Assembly: GCA_002633005.1 (NCBI GenBank)
Contig: NMRA01000462.1
Coordinates: 296,735-360,734, forward strand
Direction of reading: 5' to 3'
From: Phoronis australis
Taxonomy: Eukaryota; Animalia; Phoronida
Length of the DNA: 64,000 bases
The translations under genes and the position numbers were made by a program. Positions 38,201 through 53,200 of this stretch are shown here, in pieces; the stretch's first letter is position 1, and every line of letters starts with the position of its first letter. Below the pieces are notes generated by a model that worked only from the letters and a program-made list of their open reading frames with translations, was not told the origin of the DNA and did no database searches.

Positions 38201-41200
38201 ACCGTCAGCTGACAGAGCTGCTTTGGATGACAGATATCCAACAATCCCTTCAAAGACATCTGCTCGTTTCAATTCTGCTTTTAACTTTCTCGTTCCTATT
38301 GACAACAATTGAAATCATACAAATTGAAAACAGCTTTCACTCCACGACCTATAGTCCTCTAAATACATCCACTAGATTTTTAGTGCAAACTATTTATTTC
38401 ATTAATAATATAACTCACCCGTCTTCCCTTTACAGCCGTGCTTCTCATAATCCCCCAAAGTTTTGTGTTCAAATCTGCTGCGAACCTCGTCCGGGTGTAC
38501 ACAGCCTTGGGTATCGCTCCAGACACACCGTATCCCTGGAGTGGCTGAAAGACACGCCTCTTTGCCTTGATATGCAGCGCAACTCCCTAGGACAAAAACA
38601 AAGGAGCACTGTCAACAAGGGGGACTGATAGCAACAAGTAAACACGAATTTCATTGAAGGCATAACAAAGTCTTGGTTTTACAAGTTTTGTTTCTGCTTT
38701 TCACAAATTCAATTCAAAAAGACCAAACACATACAGAGAATGTCCATCTATTATGTGATCATAGTAAGGTGATGATTTCCATGAAATCTGGAATGCTTGT
38801 AAAATAGAATTCTAACATGAAGCCATCACTTCAATGAACCCAAAATCAATTCAGATATAATCCAGTCTGCGCTACTCATAGATTGAAGCTGTTAAAACAA
38901 AATTGGTATGGATGTCTCTTTTGTACTGTGGATTTCGGAAAGAAACCTTCAGATCGGTTTTTGTTTGCAAACACTGTACTATAGCAACCACTACCAAACA
39001 CTGCATCTGTTCGACAGGTTTATGCCCAGGTCAATTTAACACATAAACTGTACAGGGGGTGGAAACCATTCCATGCAGCCAACAAACTCTAGTTACGGTA
39101 AACATTCTCCAGTTTGGGAGTCTCTTGAAATTTGAGACACAAAAATTCAAGCAGAATTTGAATTTTCTTGATACTGAAATTTGGTAAATTTTGGCATTCA
39201 TCATATTTTTCAAGTTTCAGACATTGCATTTCTGTATCAACAGAGAAAGGCAACAAGACTTGGCAGTTCATGAAATTGTCAAAAGTAACTGTCAGCGCAA
39301 CCTTTTCATGTACCCCTTCAGCGTGAAACACGGAGGTGAATGACCATTTGTCATAGACCACAATTCTTGAATCTGCCTATTTCTAACATTTGGTAAATGT
39401 TCTGACCTTGAGTAAAATTTTCATTGTCCCAAACTTAAGGATTTTTACCATACGCATCCGCGGTTCTAGATTTTAGTTTGGTCCAGTCAAAAATAAGACT
39501 GGTGTATCTTGAATCCAAGACTGGATGATTTCAATTTCCAAATTTCGGTTTCCTAAGTGTTATTTTGTAAATTAAGTGTCACTACAGCAATTGAGCAACA
39601 GAGGGAAAGGCCAAACATGATATTGGTATTTTTTAGTCACCTGCATACCATTAGTCACGGTTATCAATATAGCAACTTTACACACAACGCAACAATGGGA
39701 ATACACTAACCTGGAGTGTATTCATAAATGTCATTGAGCATTAAGCCGTTGAACCCCCCGAACACGTAGAGTTTTCTGAAAGCAATAAAAGGTTAATTTA
39801 TAAACTGTCTGCCATTCAAAATCTTGACGTCACAGAAGTAGGGTGCCAGAAATACCTATTCGACAGCCAATGTTCAAACTTGAATGTGTTTCTGTGACAA
39901 CACGAGTGATTTTATTGTGACGGGCACAAATTCTAAGTGCAAGCGCAACCCTAAGACGCGCAAATCCTTTTCCCTGACGCCCTACAATCCAAAGACAAGA
40001 TTTTATTCCCAAGCACTATATTTAGGGAGCTGAAATGCATGGTATTTTGCTTAAAATCACTAAACTATATACTTTGAAAGTCTGAACGTATTCAGTTTCT
40101 GCTGATGCCATCATTCAAAATATTCCCAGCCAACAGATCAGCATAATAAATATTAACCCCAAATATGTGTTCTGTGTAATTGTATTACCATGTCTATTGT
40201 TGGTCACAATTCATAAAGATAGGCGGAGACAACAGTGTACATGGATATGTTGTCACACAATCCTAGACTGATCCGTTCAACAAACATTAAAAGCAGACCA
40301 GAACAATGAATGCACTCTGAAGAAATCTGAAAATCAATATTTCGCCACCAGTAGATAAATAGTAATAGACTGCTCAAATAAAAATATGATTGTGGTATGC
40401 ATTCTGTTTTGATGAAGTGGCTATGAACCCCAGATCAGTAGCTGCAACTAACCCGTCATAGACAACTGTAGTATGTCCGAATCTGGAGATGTCCCAGGGT
40501 AAGTTGGGAGGGTCCTTATGATACCACTTGTCACACTCTGCAACAAAAAAGACACATGGCACCGGGCATTATTCAAGTTCAGCAAATTTACACACATTCA
40601 AGAACTATACAGGGCCCCAAACTAAATTTAACCAAAAAGGACCCAGTTCTCAATGAGTTCTGACAGTATATAATGTTTCACAATTTGGTAGATATGTTAC
40701 TGCACTTTTGTGAAAGTACTGATTTGAGTAACAAAACTGACTAAAAAATAAAATTACAAAATTGATGGTTAACCGTGGTTCACTTTTTAAATTAAGCTTG
40801 AAATCCTAGTTTTAAGGGTTATTTCTTTTCCCAAAAATCCAATTTCATCATATTTTGGAAAACTCTGAGACACTGTTTGTGTCTTTGAGTAACCTATTTC
40901 ATTATTTGAACTTTAAGCAAAAAGGAATTATTGCACCTTGATGGACTGCGTAGAAGTGGATCACATAGGAAAAGAAATTTACTTAACAGTTCAAAATCTT
41001 GCTCAACTTATCTTTATAAATACTTAATCAACTAGACAATGCCCAAACAGTTCTCCTAGAGTTCCCAACAGAAGTCAGCTTTCCAAAACCGTAAACCTAA
41101 ACTGCCATTTTATGACTCATTTTTTCTATGTTTTTTTCTTAAAACAATGTCTTACTACGCACGATAAAAGCCAACAGACTGAACACTTGCACCAAACTTT

Positions 41201-44200
41201 CACACTGGCTTTAAAACCACTTTCGAACACAAAAAAAAAACTTTTGATTTAGGCCACATACCATTATGAAATTGGACTCAAATTTTCCTCGGTCAAATTG
41301 AGTTCAGGGCCTGGAAAGAAGCGATAGTTGCCTATTGGTGGAGACCAGGCTTTAAAAGCTTGTAATGGTGTGTCATTTTATGTGTCCAGCATGGTCTCAA
41401 GGAATAATGAACCGTCAGTTCTGTGAACATATTAACAAGCCTGTTGAGGTCATGACTGCGTCGTTGCAGGCCAAGAGACTTAATGAATGAACAATGGCTC
41501 AACGCCAGTTAGCAAAACTCACTTAGATCATAGGCCAAAAAGCTGTTTGAATAACACTTGGCTCCTTGACTAGTTCCTGAGTCATTGTGCGTGTTGCCTC
41601 CAAAGACCAGCATCATTTCATTGATTATGTTCACAGAGTGCAAATACCGAGATGACCCTGATGACTCGTAGATTTTCCTAAAATAGAGAAATGCTATCAA
41701 CAGTTCACTCAGAAAAGTTCTATCATTACAATGTGATACCAGACATGATTATACGCCCCAACTTCAGTTTATTCAATTAGCACTTCCTTTTTCCTTTAAA
41801 GCGCTCGTTTGTATCTTCTTGAACACCCATCCATGGAGAATTTCAGCGAACAATTTGCTCACCTATGACCAACAAACTGTGTGATGCCTGCATTCCACTA
41901 TCATTTTTCGACTCTAGTTTGTGAAATGGCCGACAAAAATGGAACTTTGTAGACATCAACTAAGTAAGCAGTTACCTCAACATTTTAATTAAATTTTTCA
42001 TTTAATTTTTAAATATTAATGCCCAGCTTGACAGAGACACCCTCATTTTTGGCTTTTTTAATTTTGGCACCTTGGACTTTAAAGTTCTACGCAGCACTCA
42101 TTACGTCATTTCACCAAAGTCATAAACATCAAAAAGGAATAAATCAAGACAGCCGTGGTGAATCTTTCCATTAAAGCAACCAATGAACTCACTTCAGTCC
42201 TTTCTGTTGTGAGGAATTATGAACGTTAACTCCCAGTATTAAAAAACCTTTGACCCAAAAACATGTATCAAAACAATGGCGGTAGTGTGTGAGACTAACC
42301 CAAACAAATACAACACACCAAGACTCACAACCTATGAGTCGCCTTCAGACAATACTGATTTTACTAACCATTCTTTGGTCTTCGGGTTGTAGCCGTAAAG
42401 ATCATCTGAAAGGACATAAGTGGCGGCACTGAGGGAGCGATAACCACCGTGTACGTAGATGATCCCCTGGTGGACGTCATAGACACTAGAGTGCCCATAG
42501 CCACCCTTCACAATTGCCCCAGTGGTGGAGGTTGTTTTCCATTTGAATGTTACTGGAACATAGCACACAACATATTAAGGTTTCTCAACTAGTTAAAAAA
42601 CTTTGTCACCAATCACATTTTAGATCAGTTTTGATGCAGCCTATCCCAGAATTCATTGGGGTGACTACAATGCGAGAAGGTGGGAAAGGTGAACAGTGTA
42701 TTCTTGCAGGCATTAATGAGGCTGACTCATCACCACCCAAAGTTTTTGACCACATAATGTTGAGTTATGCATGTTAAACATCTATAAACTGATGTCAACT
42801 TGAAAACAATAAGACAAAAATGACAGAAAGCAATGGAAAATTCTAACGAGCAAACGAATTTGATTCAAACAATTTGTCAATTTCTTAAAGGGGCATTAAC
42901 AGTGAGAAAAGTGATTTTCTAAGATCAGCCTCAGTGCGGAATCGAATCTGGAACCCAGAGTCTAATGCTATGCTGGCGGTTCTAAATCTCACTCAAGAAA
43001 TGGTCACCTGCCTTGATTTCATAGAATGTTTGTCAAACAATGGCGAGAACATATGATTTGTACTAATACACATGGCTATGGCCAAAGCTAATAACTTCAA
43101 TAAGTCTATCCCATAAAACAATAGTCCCAAAAATGTGTTTTCGACGATGAAACCGACGTCCCATACACTACAATACCCAACTCACAAAACAAAATCAACT
43201 TACAGAGATCCAATTCCTGTACAAAGTTCACGTATCCATAAACGGGACTATGGCCGAAGATTACGTGCATGACATCATCGACGACGTGTGCTGTGTGACC
43301 TACGACCCCCACAGGACTTTCCCCAGTGATGTTCTGTTGGCTCCACTCATTAGTGTTAATATTGTAGCTCCACAGCTCCGAGACAATGTCTCTTGATCCA
43401 ACAAGACCTCCATACATGTAGATGAGATTCTACGACCAGATATGACACGTTGTTAGCTCAAGGGGGACAAAAATATGATGTTGGTGTACACTTTCGTTTT
43501 TTTGCAGCTTCGCAAATATGTAGAACACATGCCAGAACCAAATATACTCATTTGGCTAAATCAGAATAGTTTGGTAGCAGCGCTTCATTTATACAAACTT
43601 CATTAAAAATGTGACTAGACTTTTTGTTTGCAAGCTTGATACTGGTACACTCATAATTTCGGAACAGTCTCCTTTTTTCAGGTGTGCAGGTGTGCAGGTA
43701 TGAAGTGAAACACTGAGAGACACAACAACCAAATAAATTTAAAAAACTAGCTATATTTCGAGACTGCATGTCTCCTCATCAGGCAACGAGTGAAATGAAC
43801 ATATACATTGCGAAATAAACTGAAATACACGTGACAGCGGGAAGAGGGGCACACAAGCAGAGAGTGTGAATGCAACACATGGTAGGAAGCCCGCAACCCT
43901 ATCGAAACAGAAGCGAATGTTGAAAGTGACACATTTCGGTTAAAGATTTTGGAATCGCTATTGATCAGTCATGAAAAATCTGTGTTGAATGAGCAGCTCA
44001 CAGGAGTGTACCCCATGCTGGCTTTGTTTCGATACGGTAGCGGGCTTCTTACCGGGTGTTGCATTCACACTCTGCTTGTATGCCCTCTTCCCGCTGTCAC
44101 GTGTATTTCACTGTTTATTTCGTTATGTATATGTTCATTCCACTTATTACCTGATGATGCGACATGCAGTCTTGAAATATAGCCAGTGTTTTAATTTGTT

Positions 44201-47200
44201 TGTCATGTCTCTCGGTATTTTACTTCATACCTGCACACCTGAAGAAAGGAGACCGTTACGAAATTACGAGCGTACCAGTATCAAGCTTGCAAACAAAAAG
44301 TCTAGTCATGTTTTAATGAAATTTGGCTAAATACAATTAAGATTAACTACGAATAAAGAAATAATCAAAATCTCAATAGGCCTTTTGCGAGTTTATAACA
44401 ATAACGCGAGATTATGTGAGACTTACCTGTGACGTCACGGGAAGTGGGGCAAAAGCTTGTCGTTTGGTCATTTGCCCAATACGGTAGCAGAGTGTATTCT
44501 GTTATTGTCTTCGAGTTTTTAGCTGTTTAGTTCGAAAAATGTCCAAAAAGCATTGCTGTTATGGCAAATGAACTTCAGATTCGCACTACAATACGTTCTA
44601 TCGCGTTCTGTACTAATTTCGTCCCGTGTATTTTAAACGGGCGGTAGGCGAAATCCGTTCCCTGATAAAGTTTTCACCTCGTCAAAAATACATTCTACAC
44701 CTAAAATTACCACCTAAAAGGCTCTTACTTTCTTCAGTGACTCTTTCTGCTTCTAAACATATCTTCGATGAAGCATATATACGGGAATTCAGGTGACTTT
44801 GGCGAAGAATTCCAACTCCACTTTGTGGTTACTGTTAGCTTTGTCCGCGCGCGCGATAACCACAATCAAGTATTTCAACTGAGTCAGGTGAGTATGAGGC
44901 AAAGGCTAGCGCGAGACTGAGCGAAGCGCGACATCTGGCGCGTGACACTTGCAAAATAGTATGAGAAAATATCAAGTGAAATTTGTAAGATTTTTCGTCA
45001 ACAGGCGTGATTTCACGTAACTTCCTCAAAATGGCGGCTAGTGAGAGAAACTCGAGAGAACCGCGAGGTTTTCATGAATATGCTCAAGTTATTTGTAGAT
45101 TAAATTGTGTTCAGAGTCAGGGTATGTGTTAATTATAACTTCATGTGCACATATGCATGTTTCATTTGATTTTATTTGCTGTATTTTGAAGTGAATATCT
45201 TTTTATGGGGATACACTATTGCTCCTGTATGCCTGCGCCATTCAGGCCTTTGCGGGTTAAGTTCCAATTTCAGTCCGTTCACAGCTTCGCACAACATAAC
45301 AAGTTCACATTTTCTTCCTCCATTCACAGTTATTCCACGACCCATCTACCATATCTTAAGTTGTTTTAACGTTTTAAGCGAAAAATTCACCACAAGAACT
45401 CCAGTAAGTTTTAGCGTGTGTAGCAATGACTCGGGGCAAAACAAGAGCAATATGGCGGGTTTTGCCCCCTTTCCGGTGACGTCACAGTGACTAACGAGAA
45501 ACTCGCAAGTGAGCTATTCGAGGTTATGGAAAACCTTCTCTGTATTTACCCAGATGTCTACAAAACTAAGTAAATTGGTATGAAGTTTCTGAAAGCAGAA
45601 TGCCAGAAGAATTTGATTTTTTACCATTTATTGAACAGCTATTGATTGGATCACCATGTCATTTTAGTAAAATTTATTAACAAAGAAATAAGGTACATAT
45701 ATAAAACAACAGTATTAGTAACATGAACTAATCTCTATGATATCAATGTTCAAGATGAAATCTCAAAAACACTGTTACATTACCTAAATTATCATTTCAT
45801 TTTTGATCAATGCAACTTTGTACTTTTTTCATATCATTAAATGTCCAATTTTCTATAGCCCCTGATGCAAAAATGGAATATTTTACCCCTAATTGCTAGC
45901 AGCATTTTGAAAAATTTTGCATAAAGCATTCTATCTGAAAGACTCGTATGAATCCAAACAGCCACTTTAGGGATATGATGTTCCAAAGGTAGCTCACTCT
46001 GGACATTTGTCAAGGGTCCTACATAAACATCAGATAACTGAAAATTTATTGACAAATTTTTTCGGTGTAAACTTCTGAATACTACACACATTTTATTTCT
46101 GTCAACTGTTTTCTACAGCTGCACTACTCTGCAAATTTCATGAAGTCCACTGTTTGGTTTTCCAAGATTAACCAACTCGCAAAAGCCAAAAAAAGCAAGC
46201 TGACCATGTCTTCTCGCAGAAAATCGGCAAGTTTTTGCAGCATAAATTTTAACACCTTGTCTTCTTACTAGATGTCCATTTTATGTTCCTTTGATGACGT
46301 GTCCACATCTGCCAATCACAATCTCACACACTGCTTCACGAATTATTAATTGGGATACGCCGTTATTTCCAACAAAATGATGCATGCTTTTCGTTTCAAC
46401 CTTCATCATCAGATATCAACCACTTACTTTGGAATTGCACATTTTTTCAATGTAAAATTTAACCCTCAACCACAGCATCGAGACAGATCTTTGGATAGAC
46501 AAAAGAGGTTACATGACTTACATCATAAATGACAGCGGAGTGACCGTATCTCTGAAGTGGCTTGAGTGCTGACTTGGGACTTATATTTTTCCATGTGCGA
46601 TTTGGAATGTCAAACCTGCAAATTGAAATACAGTGATCACAGTAATCTAAAGAGCTTAATCCTTGCTACTTATGACGTTTACAAAATAAACCTAAAATTT
46701 GCTATCAACTCCAAAGAACGGGACTTGAAATACTAATTGCCCGGATGGCAACTGGTTCCTACTGTCAGTGGAAATCAACAGATCAACCTATGATTGACAT
46801 CAAGCTGGCCAATTTCAATCCAGTTACAACAGATGAGTTTTCAGAATCCTTTCTCAATATTGATTCCCTGAATGATAAGTTTGGGGTGGAAATGATTTTC
46901 TATCCCAATTTGGACAGGTTTGAGATGTATTGAGAGTAGTACAGAGAATTAGACCAGAAAACGAAAAATCATTATATCCAGGAAATTTTGGTTTTGGTGA
47001 AACAAAAACTTCTCCAGAATTCTTGATCAAACTGAAAATTTACAATTTTCCTTTTTTTTCTAATGACACTAAACCTTTACCTATGCAATGGCTTCGTAAC
47101 AAACAAAACAACAATGACATTGGGTTAAAATGGGTTAAAATTATCTTGTTTACTCACAATGATTGCAAAAAAATTATCGATTCACGAAAATTAAAGAGAA

Positions 47201-50200
47201 ATTTAGCAGAAACATACATCACTGTCTGAAAAATAGATTTAGATGTTGAGCACCGACTAGTAACCAGGTCAGGCAAATATAGCTGAGGAGGAAAACACAA
47301 GTCAGTCGACAGACGACAAAGAGCAACAGTAAAAAGCTGTACCTTTTCCAAAAACTTGTTAGTTTCCTGTGACAAGGTATAGGGTGGTTTAGTATTGAAT
47401 GCTGCTTTACTGCAACCTCGCCAATCTACCCCAGTCTGCGACTTAACAGATCACGGAATACAATTTCATTTTCCACAACTTGCTTTTGCCCACTGACAGT
47501 AAACTTGTAATAATTTTTTAATGTCAGTTCCCGGGATTTTAAGTGAAAGTGCAATACGACACACAGAATTCTTTATCTCTTGAAATTTTCCGCGAGTTTT
47601 CACCTTTTTCATTCAACACTAGATTTCCGAGCAAGGAATCCATTTTTACGCACTTTCCAGGTTTCCAGGTACGTCATGACGAGTAGGAAACATGGAAGAT
47701 CTAAGCCTGGAACTTGACAATCCACACCACCTGCTCACATATACCGACTAACTGCATGTACTCACCTCACCAGGTTCTGGAAGCCAGGATCACCAAAACC
47801 ACTGCCACTAATGACCCACATATATTCGTTGAGGACTACCGCGCGGTGTGATGCTCGACCCATGGGGGTAAAGTTGCCCTTGACGTAGACCGGGTTCCAG
47901 ACGCCATCCCTGAGGGGCCGGCTGCAGTCAATACCTGACAAAGAGAAATTGAAGGAAAATTAATTGCTGTATGAAACGCAAAATAAAAACCAGGTTACTC
48001 AAGCGCACAACCTAACCTTTTAGTCAACCCTTTCAAAAAACCTAAGCTTGCAGAAGTAATATCCCTTGCTCCAAGCTAGGGACCGCAGTCATGAACCCGC
48101 CCAATGTTCCCGCCTTCAAAAAAAAAGCTACTGGGAGTTGGTACGTTACATGCGGCAGTACCACTGAGTTTGCTGTGTCTTCTGGGGTCCACTTTGCATA
48201 CTTCTTAAATTTCCATGAATAATTGTCACCTTCTCTTTATTTGTGTTGTTGACTTCCTCCTATGTTGTTCTACGGAAGGCACACCCCCACATAAGACAGA
48301 TAATCCTTCCGTGCCTACCTCTATAACCTGTGTCACAGCGACACTTCCTGTCAACTGTATCGCACACTCCATGATTGCTGCAGTTCCTAGGACAGACAGG
48401 AATTTCGCACGCCTCACCCTGCCATGAGGGGTTGCAATGACATGTTGTGTCGTTGCAGTAACCATTACCAGAACAATTCTTGGGACAGTTAGACGACCTA
48501 AAATAGACAACAGAAAGACATTAATATTCTTGTGTGAACCGCAAAACAAACGACTGTAGTTTTAGAAAATAATTGTCAAAATGTGCTCTCAGCTATCAAA
48601 GAAATTACACAAACAAAATATGCAACTATTTTTCTAATGACAGCAAGATCACCCATTTTTTGTTTTCCGTCAATGTAATGCAATTAATAGACAAACATTA
48701 AGCAATGGAGTGTGGTTTTTAATAAAGCACTAAGCATGAACAAATGTTCCAATTTTCAAAAATGCACGGATTGAAGGATATTCAAATCAGTTTTTCACGA
48801 GGCTGGGCAAACACCATCTTACAACTATAGTTCATTCACGGCATTTCAACTGACAAAATAAATCATTCCTGGAAGATTCAAAGCAGTCATGAACCCAAAC
48901 AAGTCAGCTGATGAAATATTTACCTGTACCTGCTGATTATTTATGAGAAACCCCCCCAAGGACAAGGCAAGTTAGTTAATTTTCTTAAAAGTAAACCAAT
49001 GACTCTCCATTACTATATGAAAAAGAGAAGGAATTAGCTAAGCCAATGAATAGTGTAATGGACTTTTGCTTTGGAGATCAGAGTTCAATCAAGAGTTAGA
49101 CAAAATCCAAAGGACAGACGAACAACAATTAGACGATAGCTACGATTATAGTCCGTATTCCCCCTACATGTATTGAAGCCTGGTGCACCACCATGTTTGA
49201 AATGTTTGGCACCTTGTTTCCAAATCTTGAGTGTTGTTTGAAAGACCTGAGCCATGTTTAAACTCTTACGGTTACATAGAACGTTCTTTACCAGGTTGTA
49301 CTTCTATGCAAATATCTTAAATTCTGTTAGCTCTAACCCCTACAAAGTATATCTTTTCTGAAAGGTGAATAAATTTCCTAACATAATTGTTATTTACTAG
49401 ACCGTCTTAATTTTTTTAAGAGATATGTGTTTTGAGCAAAAAAAATTTGACTATGAACAGAGATTTTAAAAATATTGCTCCTTCAATTATATTGGTCTTT
49501 TGTCAACATTTTGGTAATGGCATTTGTGAGGGAACCGTATCTCAGATTTTTTAAATAGGTCTCAGTTTTTTAGAACAAAGCCTTCAAAAATCAAGAGTAC
49601 GTCAGTTTTTGCTGAAAATGCTCTAAAAAGTCGATAATTAAAAAACTAAAACCTATTTCAAAAACCAGAGACAAGGTTCCCTCGAAAATGCCGTCATCAA
49701 CATGTTGACAAAAGACCAATATGATTGAAGGAACAATATTTTCAAAATCTCAGTTTTAAGTAAAAAAGAAACTTCTAAAAACGCATATCTCGTGAAAAAA
49801 TAGAGAGAACTAAGAAAACAAGAATAATAAATTTTGTTAGGAAATTTATTCACCTTTCAGAAAATATATACTTTGTAGGGGTTAGAGCTAACAGTATTTA
49901 AGATATTTGCATATGCCAGGTAAGTACAACCTGGTAAACAAAGTTCAAAGTAACCTAAGTTAAAGCCACAGCTACAAACAAGACAAATGATTGAAACAGT
50001 GTTGTACAGTCTTAGTGGTACTTATTTTTACTTGCAGAGAAAATGACAACATGCTAAACAAGTGAAAATAATGTGTAACTAATTGCTGTTTTTCTCAATT
50101 AAAAGCAAGGAAACTGGGATACAAAAACATGATCATATGCACCACGTTTAAATTTCTGCTCAGTGACAACCCTGAGAGTATATCTTTAATTTTACTTCAC

Positions 50201-53200
50201 TGCTACACACACTCAATTGAGAAAAGACATTTTCGAAATTATTGACATTTCTTGCAATCAAAACACAAACACAACCTGAATGCAGGGATCGAATTTAGCA
50301 CAAAAGGGGCTCCTGTACGGTTATTTAGGACAGGACCCCAGAAAAATTCCAAATATGGCAAACTTTTGAACATCATATGTCAGAAAATGCTGATCGTTTT
50401 CATACAAAACACTCAGATACTATGTTTTATGCAGTATTCTCCAAACAGCTGTCATGAATTTTTATTTAAATTTTCCACTTGCGTATGAGGTGCTATGAAA
50501 GTAGGACTTCTGTGTGATTTTCATGACAAACTCTTAAGTACCACGACAAAACTAAAACAAAAATATTCTAAAAGTCTGTAACAGCAAGTTCGAAACCTCA
50601 TCCTGAACATTTACATCAAATAAAATGTGGTGATCATGTTGCTTATGCTGTTGTTTGCTTTCAATGTACATTCTTTTTGCTAAATTTTACAAAAGACACG
50701 ATCGTGTGACCCAATTGATGGCAGATTGGTAAAAAGCCAAAAATCAAATTCTACTGTCTCTTTTCACTTTCAGAAAATATATAGTTTTACCCAGTTAAAA
50801 TCTATAGTTTTGTAAACATATGGCTAAATGTGCATACTTGTCAATACAGTCCTACACAACCTTACCAATTTCACTTGTAGACACTGGGATAAAAGCACAT
50901 AAATGCATATTAAACAGTATTTGTTTTGAAATAGGCTGCAAACTTGTGAAAAAGCTCTTGACCAGAAACATGTGTTAGGAAACGAAAATTAGAGAGCTAA
51001 CTAAAATTCTTTCTTTCATGAATTGATATTGAAACACACAGGGTCAAGCACAGTTCTTACAGTATCGTTTGCCAGCCAAGACAATGACGCAAACTCAACA
51101 CAGGACTGTTAGAGCCGCTGTACTAAACTCCCAGCCATTTCTGTTCCTGTAACATTCATCACAACAGGCTAGTCCTACTACATGGCTGTGTGACAATATG
51201 CAGTTCACACATAACATGACACACACAAGCTTTCTTGACATTTAAAAATGCCACATCTGGAAACTGGAACTTACTGAAATTTTATGCTGAAGCCACTCAT
51301 GTTGTACGCAGCATCACTGAAGAAATGGAGAAACGCGTATCCAGACTGAGTCCTGATCTCAGGTAGTTTAGCAGCCCTGGGATTCAGCAGGCCACTGTGA
51401 AGATGAAAGTATGCAATTTGTTAGCTACTAACAGGCATTATGGATGCAATCTCACCAATTTAGGAAACAATATGGCAGAAGGGTAAAATATTATTTTCTC
51501 ATGTTTTTACAAATGATATACAGTACCACAGTGATGGTTTACTTTATCCAAGTTCTGCACCATAGCTACCATAGCTTCAATATTTTGAAAAATTGTGGGC
51601 ATTCACATGTGCTGGAAGCCCTTGAAAAATGAAAAAAAAAATGAAATCTTCGCAATCAAGTCCTTAAGTGGTTGGATTTTACCATATCTTTGTAAGGTAT
51701 TTTATGACTTTCACCAATCAGTCACACTAAATGGCCTGAAGAAATCAATGCCAGAGAAAGTAAACGACAGTTCTGTTGTCATACGTTCTAACGCCAAATC
51801 TGCCACCATCTGCGTTGACAAAGTATCTCATAAATGCATGTAACGAAGAGACTGACAATGTGGCACAGCACCATTTCCTGCAGTCAACCACAAGTTTTGT
51901 CGCAAATGAGAGCACATGAATCCTTCATCCATATGGTGAATCACTAACGTTGTCGTGTGACTTTTCCTATGCAAACTCAGTGGATGCGAGGCTTTTTCAT
52001 ACAGCGAGGATTTTCAGAACCTACTGCCAACACGAATCACACCAGCATTGTCGAACACCAGATCCACATTGCTTAGTGGAGTATTCGGTTGTTAATTAAT
52101 CCTGTGAAATTTGACGGAATTCCGAATCCCAACAAATTTGTGTCCCAATGTAAAAAAATTTCCTAATAATAATACGCCTGAAAAAATACTAGTACTATGT
52201 CCACCAATCATCATATAGAATGATACTACCAATAAGTGATATCCCTGTAATCGAGCCAATATACCTCCTGGTTGCCACAACAACATACAGAAGATGTGCC
52301 GAGACCTCTTTTCTTACATCAGAATAACGTGTAAATTCATTAAGTGAATGTGTCAGCCAGGGACTGATCAATAAAATTCCAGAACAATAACCTCAATTAT
52401 ACAATCACAATCGCATTCAAGTCAAGATACTTCCATTAAAAAAATCAAAAAGAAATTCATTCTATGGTTAGCATAAAGTAACACAGAGCCAAATTGTGTA
52501 AGGTATTAAAACAAAAAGGCAATATTAAGATACCTAATTTAAACTAGTTGTCTACAAGATCATTGCCATAGCATGTAAACATGGCATGTCACTGACTTGT
52601 TTTTATGCAACACAACACGCCCAAACACCTTGTATAACACAGCTCATATCAGACCTTATATTTATATTGAATAGTGACGTCACATACAGTTTAATAGTGA
52701 GTGCTTTACAATGTGGGAACATGTATAAGATGATGACACCAGTTAAAAATGTAGTTTGTAAAGGACGATCTATTCACAATCATAATGGCTTCATCTCATC
52801 AGAAGAAGGAAGTTGATAATACATGAACTTACACAATCGTCTACTCCCTACCAAAAATGAAACGTGACCCTACATCACAATAAAAATCACAAGTCTACCT
52901 AATTTCAAAATTGCACTCTCCAAGGGAAATAATCGATTTTCTCCCACACTTAATGTTCAATTACTGTAGTTTGTTCTTTAAAAACACGAATTTGTCAAAT
53001 TGTTTGGACACGGGACCCTGAAATTTTCAACACAACCTGATGCTCAATAAAGGAGTGGTGAAGACTTCATGGCGACAAGTTATATACATTAAAAAGCAGT
53101 CAAAAATAGGATGCCATAAACATAAATCACAATAACAATAATAATAATGATAATAATAATATTATAATATGAAATGATGCTGCTTAGCAGCAAAAGCGAG

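Noticed and set aside
43548-44330. Paired similar ORFs on opposite strands
   Set aside because: A consequence of the inverted arms of the foldback element.
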